NCBI RefSeq assembly: GCF_026210795.1
Contig: NC_089429.1
Location: 1,054,001 to 1,118,000, forward strand
Direction of reading: 5' to 3'
DNA length: 64,000 bases
Source of the DNA: Rhizophagus irregularis
Lineage: Eukaryota
Part shown: piece by piece, positions 37,573 to 48,800 of the stretch
Layout: every line of letters begins with the position of its first letter
How positions within the stretch are numbered: position 1 is the first letter of the stretch
Notes under the pieces: generated by a model
What the model was told of the DNA's origin: nothing
The model's database searches: none
The model's input: the letters and a program-made list of their open reading frames with translations, nothing else
Made by a program: the position numbers and the translations under genes

Positions 37573-38163
37573 TAGAGCTGCGACCCGTTACCCATTTATC
37601 CGGATACAATCCGGGTATACTCGAGTATCTATGAGTATCCGGGTTATGGAATAGCAAACGGGTAATACCCATTTTGTATCCGTTTTATGTTGACATATAT
37701 ATACCCGCGGGTAATTGCCCCATAAATTTTGCTAGAATTTTAATGCCGGCCGGAATTAATGTTTATAAATCACTTGGGTGATCGTCACTAATAAGTACGG
37801 TTACAAGTTTTAATATTTGAACGAAAAAGTTACCACAAAAAATAACTTTTGTCCCATTTTATTAATTCTGGCTAAAATTGTAATTTTCGGCTAGAATTAA
37901 ATGTTTACCACTGGTGAGTTTTAGCAATGCTTATCGTAAAAGATTTCTTTTTTTTTTTATATATATTTGATAGTTTTCTTAATTTATAGATTTATTGAGA
38001 AAAAACCAGGTTTTTATCCGGGTAATACCCGGGTATACTCGGGTCATATCTAACAAAAAAGATAAACGGGTATAAACGGGTAATACCCGTTTTGGAGTCG
38101 GGTAACGCATTTTTTGATTTGAGTATGATCCGGATACAGAAATTCTGACGGGTCGCAGCTCTA
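37573..38163. mobile_element. hAT-like MITE (591 bp)
   Basis: 16-bp TIR TAGAGCTGCGACCCGT / ACGGGTCGCAGCTCTA with many subterminal CGGGTA/TACCCG repeats. TSD imperfect (TATCACGcccG versus TATCACGG). Confidence 0.8.
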
Positions 38164-38219
38164 TATCACGGGCATAGGTATTACAACAGTCATATATAAC
38201 TGAAATAATGAACTACACA

Positions 38220-39720
38220 TGTGTATAATGTTATATAGTTTAAATTCATTTACTCCATTTTTTAAAAAAAAAATTAATCATCATCATCATCATTTCTACG
38301 ATTTGTATCTAAAAAACAAAATATTTAACCCTTTCCTTTTTCATAATATGTTCTTTTACATAGTATAAAATATTTTCACTTTTACCATTTTGGATTATAT
38401 TTCTAAATTAATAATTTCTCTATAAAAGTATTTTGTGAAATTTTGAAATTTTTTAAAAATATTACCAAATCATTCGTATTAAATAAAAGAGTCAAACGCA
38501 AATATTCTAATTTAGAAGGAAGAACTTGTCCTAAATTTTGTAATACAGTTGAACTATATTCATCATAATTTGTTGTATGATAATCGTAAACATCCATTTC
38601 AATAGTAAGATAATTAATACTTTATATTTATTTATTATTTAAAAATAATGAATAAACATTATCAGACATACTTGATTCAAAATATCTAATCTTTTTACAA
38701 TATTTCATAATAAACTTGAATAATTGTTGTTTTAGTTCAATATATTCAGTATCATTTTTAAGACAAAACCCAAAATTTTCTAAACAATCACCAAATTACT
38801 TTGATAGTAATTGTAATGATTCAACATGGTAGTATTTCAATCATAAATAAAGATTTCAATTTAAAAAGTTACTTAATAATTTGTTGAACAAATTTAGAAT
38901 TTAAAGAAACACAATAAATGGTATGAACAAGTTTCTAAAACATTTAATTGATCAAAAACCTTTTGTAAAATATTAATTATATCACTAAAGTTAATATAAT
39001 AAAATATAATTGTATTTAAAATATTTGAACAATTAGAATTTTTTAATCGATGATAAATATGGGTGATTATAAAGTAATATTACTAGATCCAAATGTAATT
39101 ATTTTGAGATTATGTTGTGAAATAATTATTTGTGATATACATTTTTCAAACAATGAAAAATTATTGAATTTATACAATAAAGATAAATTTAAAAACAATT
39201 GATGAGATTGATTTGCAATTAGAATATTAAAAATTGTAAAAATGGAATGATATTTATTACATTCGGAAACGAATGAGGAAAATTGAGTTTTAAATTTTTG
39301 ATATTGTAAATAAAATTTGGATTTTGTAAAGTTAATTCCATATTTTCATTAAAATCTCTACAATAAATATCCATGTCAAGTACAACTTCAAAATAACGTA
39401 AATTTTCTTAACACTTTGATCTATAAAATAAGTTTTCTAGTTTCTTATAATTATCTTCATCACTGTATTTTTAACCCACTTTTAATAGAATAACGAATAT
39501 TTTGTATATTTAAATATTTAATAAAACTTGGCTAATTGAATAATGTATAAGTAAGTACTGAATTATTATCAATTTTATATTCACTAAATTTCTTCATTTA
39601 AAAAGTGTAAACAAATTTCAATACAACGATTATTTTGTGTGGGAATTGAAAATAGATCTTCCCATATGCTAAACGACACCAAAATTTATTAACTAAATAT
39701 ATGAATACAATGTTGAAATA
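38220..39720 (-). pseudogene. F-box-like family pseudogene
   Basis: Colinear with the intact paralogues (e.g. YSSTVLQNLGQVLPSKLEYL; LVNKFWCRLA) but has multiple frameshifts and has lost the start region. Confidence 0.88.
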
Positions 39721-40882
39721 ATTTGCTATCAAAAGGAAAGAAAGAAGAAAAAGGAGTAGCTTTCATTTCAAAAAAGATTCAATTTATCAATTTTAGTAAC
39801 GTTTGTTGTAACTAGTCTATAAAAGGGCAACAAAGGAACTAAAAATAACATCCTTTCTTGTATAATTTGGGTAATTCAGGCCGACAGGCCTAACAATCTC
39901 TTATTATTTATTATCGGTCACCGATTTAATAATGTCTGTGCTACAAGAAATAATATCAAAATTATGTAATTTAAAGTCATGATACATTTTCATCAACTCT
40001 ATCTATATTAACCGATGAATAACTTTTAATAAAATATTTGAGAATATTTTAAAAATGCTTTCAAGTCACTCCGAATTGATCTTAAACTTTTAAATAAACA
40101 AGAATTTATCCTAAATTTAGTAATATAATTGGATAAATTTTAATGTAACTTAATTATTTAAATATTTGAACTAACAATGTTTCACAACAGGATCAATGAA
40201 TTTAGACCATATAGGTTAACTACACAAATAATAAAATTAATATATTTAATGAATTTAAACACAAATCTAATGATTAAATATTTTAGCGAAAAATCGCGAA
40301 ATGGAAATTATTTATCGATCAAATTATTACCATGGTACGACATAATTCTGTGGTACGGAGTATGTTACACGTTACATGATTCAAATTAATTTATAAATAA
40401 TTTCATTTCGTCAACTTTGAAATTCAAATAATATTCTCAAAAATGGATATATTTGATTGAGATGGATATTGATTGCATGATGAGAACTGGACGTAACCTA
40501 ATCAAATGTTGCATTTAAATGTGGTTACATAAATTAAAAATGGGTTAACACTTTTGATGAATAATAATCATAACATAAATATCATAAATATTAAAATTTA
40601 TACAATTTAAAATAATAACCAAATAAATGATTTATAAATAATTTTTATTGAAAAATACTAATGTGTTGTTACAAAATTACTTTGTTACAAATAATATTTT
40701 ATAATAATAAATATAATTATCTTTATTTAATAATTGAAAAGTCCTAGTATAAAAATAATAGAGAATGTGAATTATTTAAATTACAAACTAAGAATCTTTT
40801 TATTACTCTAATCTTAGTGTTTAAATAATTTCAAAATAAAATAATAAATAGTAAATATGAATTTGTTTTCAAGTAAATTAAT

Positions 40883-43171
40883 TTAAAATCCATCTAAAGA
40901 GAATAAATATATTAGTAAATAAATATAATATATTATTTTAATATTATTAAAATATTAAATTATAAACAAACCATCGGGAGTTTCTTGTTTATCTTTTTCT
41001 TCTGAATGAAGATTTGGATTATTTTTTACTTCATCTATATAAATAAGATAAATTAGAATAATAATAACTGATCATGCATTATTATAAATAATTTATTTTA
41101 CTTACCATTAATACTAATATTTGATCGTCGTTGCATGAATTCTCTCTCAAAGTCATTTTGAACGTCTATTATTATCAATAAATCAAATTTATTAACATGC
41201 TCATCAACAAAAATATTATAAGAAAATTAGAATCGATATATAAATAAATAATTTAAGACTTTTCCATTCTCTATTTTTAATTTTTTCGATAATCTGGGTG
41301 ATTCTTTACTATCATTATCTAAAATTAAGATATACAGTAAATTAGTATTTATTTATTATAAAACACTAATAGGAAAAAATTACCATTGGAACTAATTGGC
41401 GTATATTGATTACTCGATTTACTAAGATTACTAGCTATAATAAAATGGATCATTTAATATTTATTATATAAAATTCAACATAATTTTAATAAATACTTAC
41501 AATTACTAGAAATACTAAAATCATATGATCTACTGATATAAAATGCTATTTTTAAAAAAAAGAGGTTATCTCAATCTATTTATTAATTAATAAAGGACTT
41601 ATACTAAAACATTATTATCTTTATATTACCTTTTTGTTCTTCTGTTATTATTTATTTAAAAAAGGTATCATTAATTATAATGTTAAAGAAAAAAAATCAA
41701 ATAGTTAATAAACATTAAAAAAGCATACCTTCTGTTGCATTTTTTGGTTCAGGTAGATTTTCAAAATTATGAATTTTACTTGTAAATATTTTACTACTCA
41801 TAATATTGCTTGTTTTTTTGTCTATTTCTATTATTGGTTGAGGTAATTCATTTGGATTATTTCGATAATATGACATAATTTCATTCATCTTATTGCAAAG
41901 TGTATCGATATCAGGCCTTTTTAATGGATCAGCATCCCAACATTGTTCCATTAGACTTTTATATTCGGAAGGAATTTCTGATATAATTTTTGGTCTTATA
42001 CCATCAATGATATTAATTGCAAGAGTATAATCATGTTCATAATTCATAAATGGAGGTTGCCCAAATGAAATTTCCCACATAAGCATTGCAATACTATAAA
42101 TATCAGATTTAAGAGTATACCCTTTTCCATTAATAACTTCAGGAGCTATATAGGGAAGATTTCCATAAATGCTTGTTGATGGTTTGTCTGCAGGACCACA
42201 AAATCCAAGATCACTAATACTCCAATCAGCATTAAACTGTGAATATAATATATTTCCAGAATGCAAATCTCTATGAATTGAATTCTCTATATGAACATAA
42301 TAAAGTGCATCAATTATTAAAAAAGTAATTTTAATCCTTTCATTCCATGTAAGTTGATTATGATTTTGTTGTAAATATTCTCTTAAATTCATATCATACT
42401 TTCTCATTACAAGTAAATAATTTCTATTTGATGGATTTTGTGTTAAACCAAAACATTGAACAATCGCTGAATGTTTGTTGCACAAAGTCAAATGTGATTT
42501 AGCCTTTAAAAAATAATAAATATTATTATTACCAATTAAATTTTAAATTTAAGTTCTTTAAATATTTTTAACTTACAAACCTCTTCAAACCAACTTTGAC
42601 TTGCATTTTCAACATTTTTTAATTCTTTAAGTATTACAGCTTGAGCTCCAAATCTTATTAATTGTTGCTCTTTAGAATTCCATTCATTATATTTTCCATC
42701 AATCCAATCTGCTGTATAAATCTCTGAGAATCCACCTTTTGTCAGATATTTAATATTTTCTAAATTATTAAATGGGATCCATTCAATAATAACATTTGGT
42801 CTAAGTGTTTCCATTTGACAATTTTTTATTAAATTATCAATAACATTATTTCCAGAAGTCCAATTTGAAAAATTAGATTTTAAATAATTTTGAACACAAT
42901 ATTCACAATATAATGTAGCTAAACATTTTTGGTTACAATTCTCACAAATTCTTCTTGTTCCTGAATTAAAACGAATTTTATCTCGGTCATAAGATTCATT
43001 ATTTAATCTTATTGCTTCAGTTTTTTCTTCTTCTGTAAGAGATTCGTCAGCAAGAACGAATTGTTCACAAAATTCGTATTGTTCATGAAGGCCAACGTAA
43101 ATATTATAATCAATTGATGCAAATGCTCTACTATTTACTGCTTGTATTAATTCTTCCCGAATATTGGACAT
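40883..43171 (-). CDS. Tyrosine-kinase-like (TKL) protein kinase with several small 3' exons
   Basis: Start MSNIREEL at 43171. Intron 42580-42504 joins the two large ORFs. Motifs TKGGFS, VILK, HRDLHSGN, DLG and APE. A chain of micro-exons ends ..NNPNLHSEEKDKQETPD/DGF* (3' exon structure approximate). Confidence 0.85.
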
Positions 43172-43417
43172 TTTTGTTAAAAGAAAAAATATTTTTAAGT
43201 GCAAAAAAAATAAAGTTTCCAGACGGTTAACAAATAAGTTGTGCAACCACCAAAATTTTAATATTGTCTACTTGTCACGTGCTGCATTGTAAACAAAATA
43301 ATGATCATCTGATCATACAATATAGACAAAATAAGATTAAGCCTTTCCGACGATCGTAAAATACCAAAAATCCACAGAAGAAATTTTCACTAAAAACATA
43401 TATTTCTTTCTAGACAA

Positions 43418-45706
43418 GTGTCAATTTTTTCACCCTTTTTGGCCCCTACGTTCTTCCCGGAACATTACCATATGAGTTTTAATATAAGAAAAAAATTTTC
43501 AAACAAATTTCTTAAAAATATTGAAAAGTCTTACCGATCGGTTACCAACGAAGAAGATATATATTATACATTCTCTTCCTCAAAGACAACTAACAATATG
43601 TCTCAACAACCAGTTATAAACCCTACTAACACAACCGGAGATACCTTAATAGACACTGTTATGGAGGAAGCAACGGCTAGTTCTTCATCTCATGTCCTTT
43701 CTCACAGCGAAATAGACCTCACATCACGTGACCCACAGGAAAAAGATATTCACACGCAAACACCAATCACTGAAAACTTCCCCATTATGGATGAAGATCC
43801 ATCTACATCTAACCCCGATAAGGGTAAATCTGCGGAATCTCAACCAGCCTCACAAACAAATAAACCGAATTCGATAGAAATATCCGTGTTAAACGACATT
43901 TTTAAACAAACACCCCAGGCTTCTAACAAAGCACACAAAGGTTTCATCCCCAGAGACAGTTTCCGACCCGAACTTTCCAACAATGATATCATCAAGTTAC
44001 TAAAGACGTCATTTATATGTGATAGTAACGCCTTCAAATTTGAAGTTAACTCAACTTCAACATACAAATACTTCACCATATATTTCCGAACGCGTGACTC
44101 GCTCAATCAATATATAGAAAAATGCCCGCCAGAACTTGAACAGGTTAAAATTTTTGAACTTACCAACACAGCTATCAACACATTACTCGAGAGAAAATTT
44201 TCCAATCTCGACCAAGCTGTTATCAAAATTATGGATATACCATATAACTATGACACATCCATGCTCATCAAACACCTCGCTATTAAAACCAATAGCATTA
44301 TCATTGATCATAAAGAAATCAAAAAACCACCCAGGAAAATACCTAACCGAAATAACCGTGGTCGCCCGATCTATATCAAACCAGCATATAAACAACTAAT
44401 CATCCGTTTCGATAAACAAACAGCCTACGATTATTTTATGCAAGAAAATTATTGGAGCCTAGAAATAGAAAACTTCGTAGTTAGAATACTACCGGGAAAC
44501 CAAAATGATCCAGAATTTAAAAAACGTACTGGTAATTATTTTAAAATTACAGGACTCCCACTCAATTCTACCGCCATGGACCTTGAACCACTGATCAAAC
44601 ACATTTACGGACGCACTTGCACGTTCACACAAACCACTAGATACTCAACCGCCAAAAATGCATATATATACGTATCACCTGATAATTATCCCACCACCGC
44701 CATGAATGGCGCATCTTCACTATTTGAAGGCCACAATATCTACATTCTTCCCGGGCACTTATCAGTTAAAACATGCAATACTTGTGGATCACCACTACAT
44801 CTTTCAAACAATTGTGACGACAAAAACTTCAAAATGAACTCTGATAATCGTAAGATTTTTCAAAAAAGGTTCATAGACCGTAAAGATGAAAAAATTACAA
44901 TCAACGAGTGTCACAAGAATAGATATAACCACGTGATATCTCTTAACACTCAAAACAAAAATGCAAACCTTCCGCCAAAGGACGATACACGTACACAACC
45001 ACAAACAAGAACCCATAAGAACGGTTCACAATCTGGTAGCTTACTTTACCCCCGTCAAGGGAAACAACCACGTCACATCCCACGTAATAACAACGAAACT
45101 CACAATTGGGACGACTTACTTATCACCCCCCAACACAACCAGTCGCAAACTGCATCAAATAATCATTTAAATAAAAGAATCGACGATCTCGAAAAACAAG
45201 TCCAATCACTCATTAATAACATTCGATTATTACAACAAAACAATACGAAAACAGATCAAAGCATTGCCGACCTACACCACAGTCATATGACTATGGATAC
45301 ATCGCTTTCAGAAATAAAAGAAAGATGTGTCAAATACGATACAATTATTCAACAACTTACTACTAATATTAATTTACTAAGTAAAAAAGAGATAGCAGCG
45401 ACCCAAGAACGTCCTCGCAAAATATCAAAAAAAGTCACGCCATATGAACAAACTTCATACAGAGCAACTAAATCCAAATACAACCTTAGGAATAATAAAG
45501 ATAATACTACTTATGAAGACGAAAGCGAATTCCACCCGTCCACAGGAGACGACACAGACGTCCCGGACGAAAATGCTATGTCAGATGGCGCTAGTTTCGA
45601 AGGCATTATAGATAACACGTTACAAGAACCTGTTAAAAATGACACTTTTACAGTCAAATCATATAATCCACTAAACCTCCTCAATAGTTTTAACGCTACA
45701 CGTTGA
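43418..45706 (+). CDS. LINE ORF1 (gag-like; RRM-like region, CCHC knuckle, coiled coil)
   Basis: Uninterrupted 762-codon frame with CNTCGSPLHLSNNC (CX2CX4HX4C) and heptad LNKRIDDLEKQVQSLINNIRLLQQ. The true start is probably the ATG at 43472 or 43598. Confidence 0.85.
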   Translation: MSIFSPFLAPTFFPEHYHMSFNIRKKFSNKFLKNIEKSYRSVTNEEDIYYTFSSSKTTNNMSQQPVINPTNTTGDTLIDTVMEEATASSSSHVLSHSEIDLTSRDPQEKDIHTQTPITENFPIMDEDPSTSNPDKGKSAESQPASQTNKPNSIEISVLNDIFKQTPQASNKAHKGFIPRDSFRPELSNNDIIKLLKTSFICDSNAFKFEVNSTSTYKYFTIYFRTRDSLNQYIEKCPPELEQVKIFELTNTAINTLLERKFSNLDQAVIKIMDIPYNYDTSMLIKHLAIKTNSIIIDHKEIKKPPRKIPNRNNRGRPIYIKPAYKQLIIRFDKQTAYDYFMQENYWSLEIENFVVRILPGNQNDPEFKKRTGNYFKITGLPLNSTAMDLEPLIKHIYGRTCTFTQTTRYSTAKNAYIYVSPDNYPTTAMNGASSLFEGHNIYILPGHLSVKTCNTCGSPLHLSNNCDDKNFKMNSDNRKIFQKRFIDRKDEKITINECHKNRYNHVISLNTQNKNANLPPKDDTRTQPQTRTHKNGSQSGSLLYPRQGKQPRHIPRNNNETHNWDDLLITPQHNQSQTASNNHLNKRIDDLEKQVQSLINNIRLLQQNNTKTDQSIADLHHSHMTMDTSLSEIKERCVKYDTIIQQLTTNINLLSKKEIAATQERPRKISKKVTPYEQTSYRATKSKYNLRNNKDNTTYEDESEFHPSTGDDTDVPDENAMSDGASFEGIIDNTLQEPVKNDTFTVKSYNPLNLLNSFNATR

Positions 45707-45818
45707 TACTATAACTCCCTCCACCATATTTTTGGACTAATTACGGACTTCCCCTACTGATTTTGATGTTTAAATAATTTTTTTACACATTCAATTTTAT
45801 ATTAAATTTTTTTTTTTT

Positions 45819-48800
45819 ATGGAACACACCAATATAACACCCCCGGTTGGCGTCGAAAACCAACCTTTAAATAATAGATTTCAATATTCATACTCCTTAA
45901 ATAATCAAAAAACAATAACCCAAAAAAATCCAGAAAATCTCGAAAGACAAAAAAAAAAAAAATGAAAATGATAACTTTCATACTTCACCCCTTAATAATA
46001 CTGAATCATCCTTTTACCAAATACATAGTTATACTACTCGTGATCCTCGAAACAACGAAGATGAACAAATGTTAAATTATATACAATCTAACATCTTTAA
46101 AGATCCTGACTGTCCTGGTTTAGCGTCTACATCACAAACCCACGCTACACCCTCTACTATGGATTCACCACCACGAACTCAATTCATCGATTACTATAAG
46201 TTTGGCACTGTTAACATTCAGGGAGGGTTCAACAATAAGTTAAATGATATCCTCTCCTTCTACAGTTTACACAATTACGACATTTTAGTCCTCACGGAAA
46301 CTGGTTTACACCATAATAATGATCCAAATTCGACCAAAACTAAACATTCCAAACATTTCCTACCTTCACTAAATGACGATTATGAAAAAAATAGTATTCA
46401 TATATACACGGACGACAAAGGAAATACAAAAGGAAGTGGAGTTTCTCTCATTATTTCTGATAATCTACAAAAACACGTCATCAAATCTACAACTTTTCAG
46501 GGACGTATTCTAAGTATTGACTTATGTTTCAAAGGCAATCACTATATCAAACTTATAGGTTGCTATTTTCCAGCAAACGCTTCAGATGATAAAAATCTGA
46601 TAATTAGTTGTTACAAAGAACTGGAAAAAATTTTATTCAACGCGTCACTCAATAACTACCAATGTATAATTTTAGGTGATCTAAATATTAATTTAGACAA
46701 AATTAAACGCTCCAATCATTATTCAGCATGGAGACGTGAGATCAAAAATATTCTAAAAAATCTTAATATGATAGATGTGTTAAAATTTTTTCACGACCAA
46801 CCTTCATATACACATAGTTCCATTAGACACGAAGGTCCAAATATAGAATCGCGTATTGATTATATATTCATGACGACTAATTTATTACAAAATACTTTCT
46901 ACGCATTTACACATAATGTATCACGGGATTTATTCACCACTGACCATAAAGCTGTAGGCTGCTATTTCACGCAAGACTATTTTAGAAAACTCAATAATAG
47001 TTCTAGAAAAAGTTTAGAAAAATCTGCTACTTTTAGGCCTAATCTCACACCCAAAATTCATTATAAATACCATTTGATGACCAATAATCTATGGTCTCTC
47101 TATAGACACTGGTAAAAAAATGATTTATCCTACACATATCTTACACATATTGGGTACTCAAAATGTAGAAAATCATACACAAATAATACACATATTATAC
47201 ACATATCGGGTACTAATATATATATCATACATATATCAGGTACCTGATAGGTATACTATATATATAAGTACCCGATATGTGTATGATATGTGTATTATTT
47301 GTGTATGATTTTCTACATTTTGAGTACCCGATATATGTAAGATATGTGTAGCATATGTGTAGGATAGACCATTTTTTTACCAGTGAGAATTAACAATGGT
47401 ATAATTTTCCGTCAGTTTTCAATCAATCAAAACGTAAATGATCACACCCCTGAACAACAAATAGAAACTTATTGGATTAATATAAAAAATATTATTAACC
47501 AAACTAAAGAAAAACATATTCCTTTCTCTACATACAAACACCACGTTAAACACGATCGCCCCCTTCGCCTTAGACAAAACAACAATAAAGTGCTCATAAT
47601 TCGTAATATTTTACGACAATTCTCCAATAGTAAACTTCAGAGAATCAAGGATGGCGAAACTCCTTGGAACGAACATTGGCAGCGTTGGAATCTTTATCGT
47701 CATCAAATTGTATCAGTTGACGTCCACTTTCACTCAAAAGAAACGGTTTGTATACCGAAAATATTAACATTAAATAATGTTAAAGAAACCAAAAAGATTA
47801 TCCAAGGCTTATTAAGAGTCATTATTATTTTACAAAAACATGAGGAAGATAACTGGAAAAGTGACAACATTAATCGTTTTATCAACCAACGTAACGATAA
47901 TTTGGTTCATAATCAGAAAAGAATGATTAATAGTATCCTTGATCGTAAACCAGAAAGAATTAATTTAGATCGTTTACATTATTACGATTCTAATACTAAA
48001 CAACATTTATTTACCAATAATCCATCCATTATAGCTGAACAAACTAATTTACATTTCCAACGTTTAGGAAAATCTTTGGAGGAAATTAATGAAATCAAAA
48101 ATTATGAAACAATACAAGATCTTCCTCCTTATTGGAGATCAAGTTACGAACCTATTAAACGACCTGAATTTGATCACATGACGTCCTTGTGCGACGAATT
48201 TAGTATGGAAGAAATGTTTAATACCATTTCCGCTCTACCTAATAATAAAGCCGCTGGTATCTCTGGAATCACCTATGAGGATATTAAACACCTTCATGAA
48301 GATTTTAAAGCATATATTAGAAATTTTTTCAACACTATCCTACGATTTCAAATTTATCCAGAAGAATGGTCTCGGGCTTTACTATTCCCGATTCCTAAAC
48401 CAAAGGCATGGGATTGTAAAATTGAAAACACCCGCCCAATCGTTCTATTAGAGACATTTAGAAAATTATTTGTCAAAATACTAACACAAAGAATTAACAT
48501 ACTTTTGACAACTCATAATCTCATTAATGAGAATAACCGTGCGGGTTTGATTGGTCAATCAACCCTACAACCATTACAAATTATTCAACACATCATAGAA
48601 TCTGCTAACAATGACAAAAAAGAACTTTGGATTGGATTACAAGACCTGAGCAAGGCTTACGATCGAGTTAATCGATCATTGTTAAAATTAGCGTTAGAAA
48701 GACTACATTTCCCTCTCCTATCGTCACCCTCTTACTATCCCTGTTTACTAATAGGAAAAATAATGTAATTTTACCATCTGGATTGTCCACGGCGTTCGAC

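Noticed and set aside
43172..43246. N-terminal extension of the kinase ORF given in the ORF track (likewise 19776-19811 for the F-box gene)
   Set aside because: These begin at non-ATG codons. The downstream ATGs (43171, 19775) fit the family N-termini.
47120..47308. 62-aa ORF between the APE and RT ORFs
   Set aside because: It lies entirely within the palindromic MITE and is spurious.
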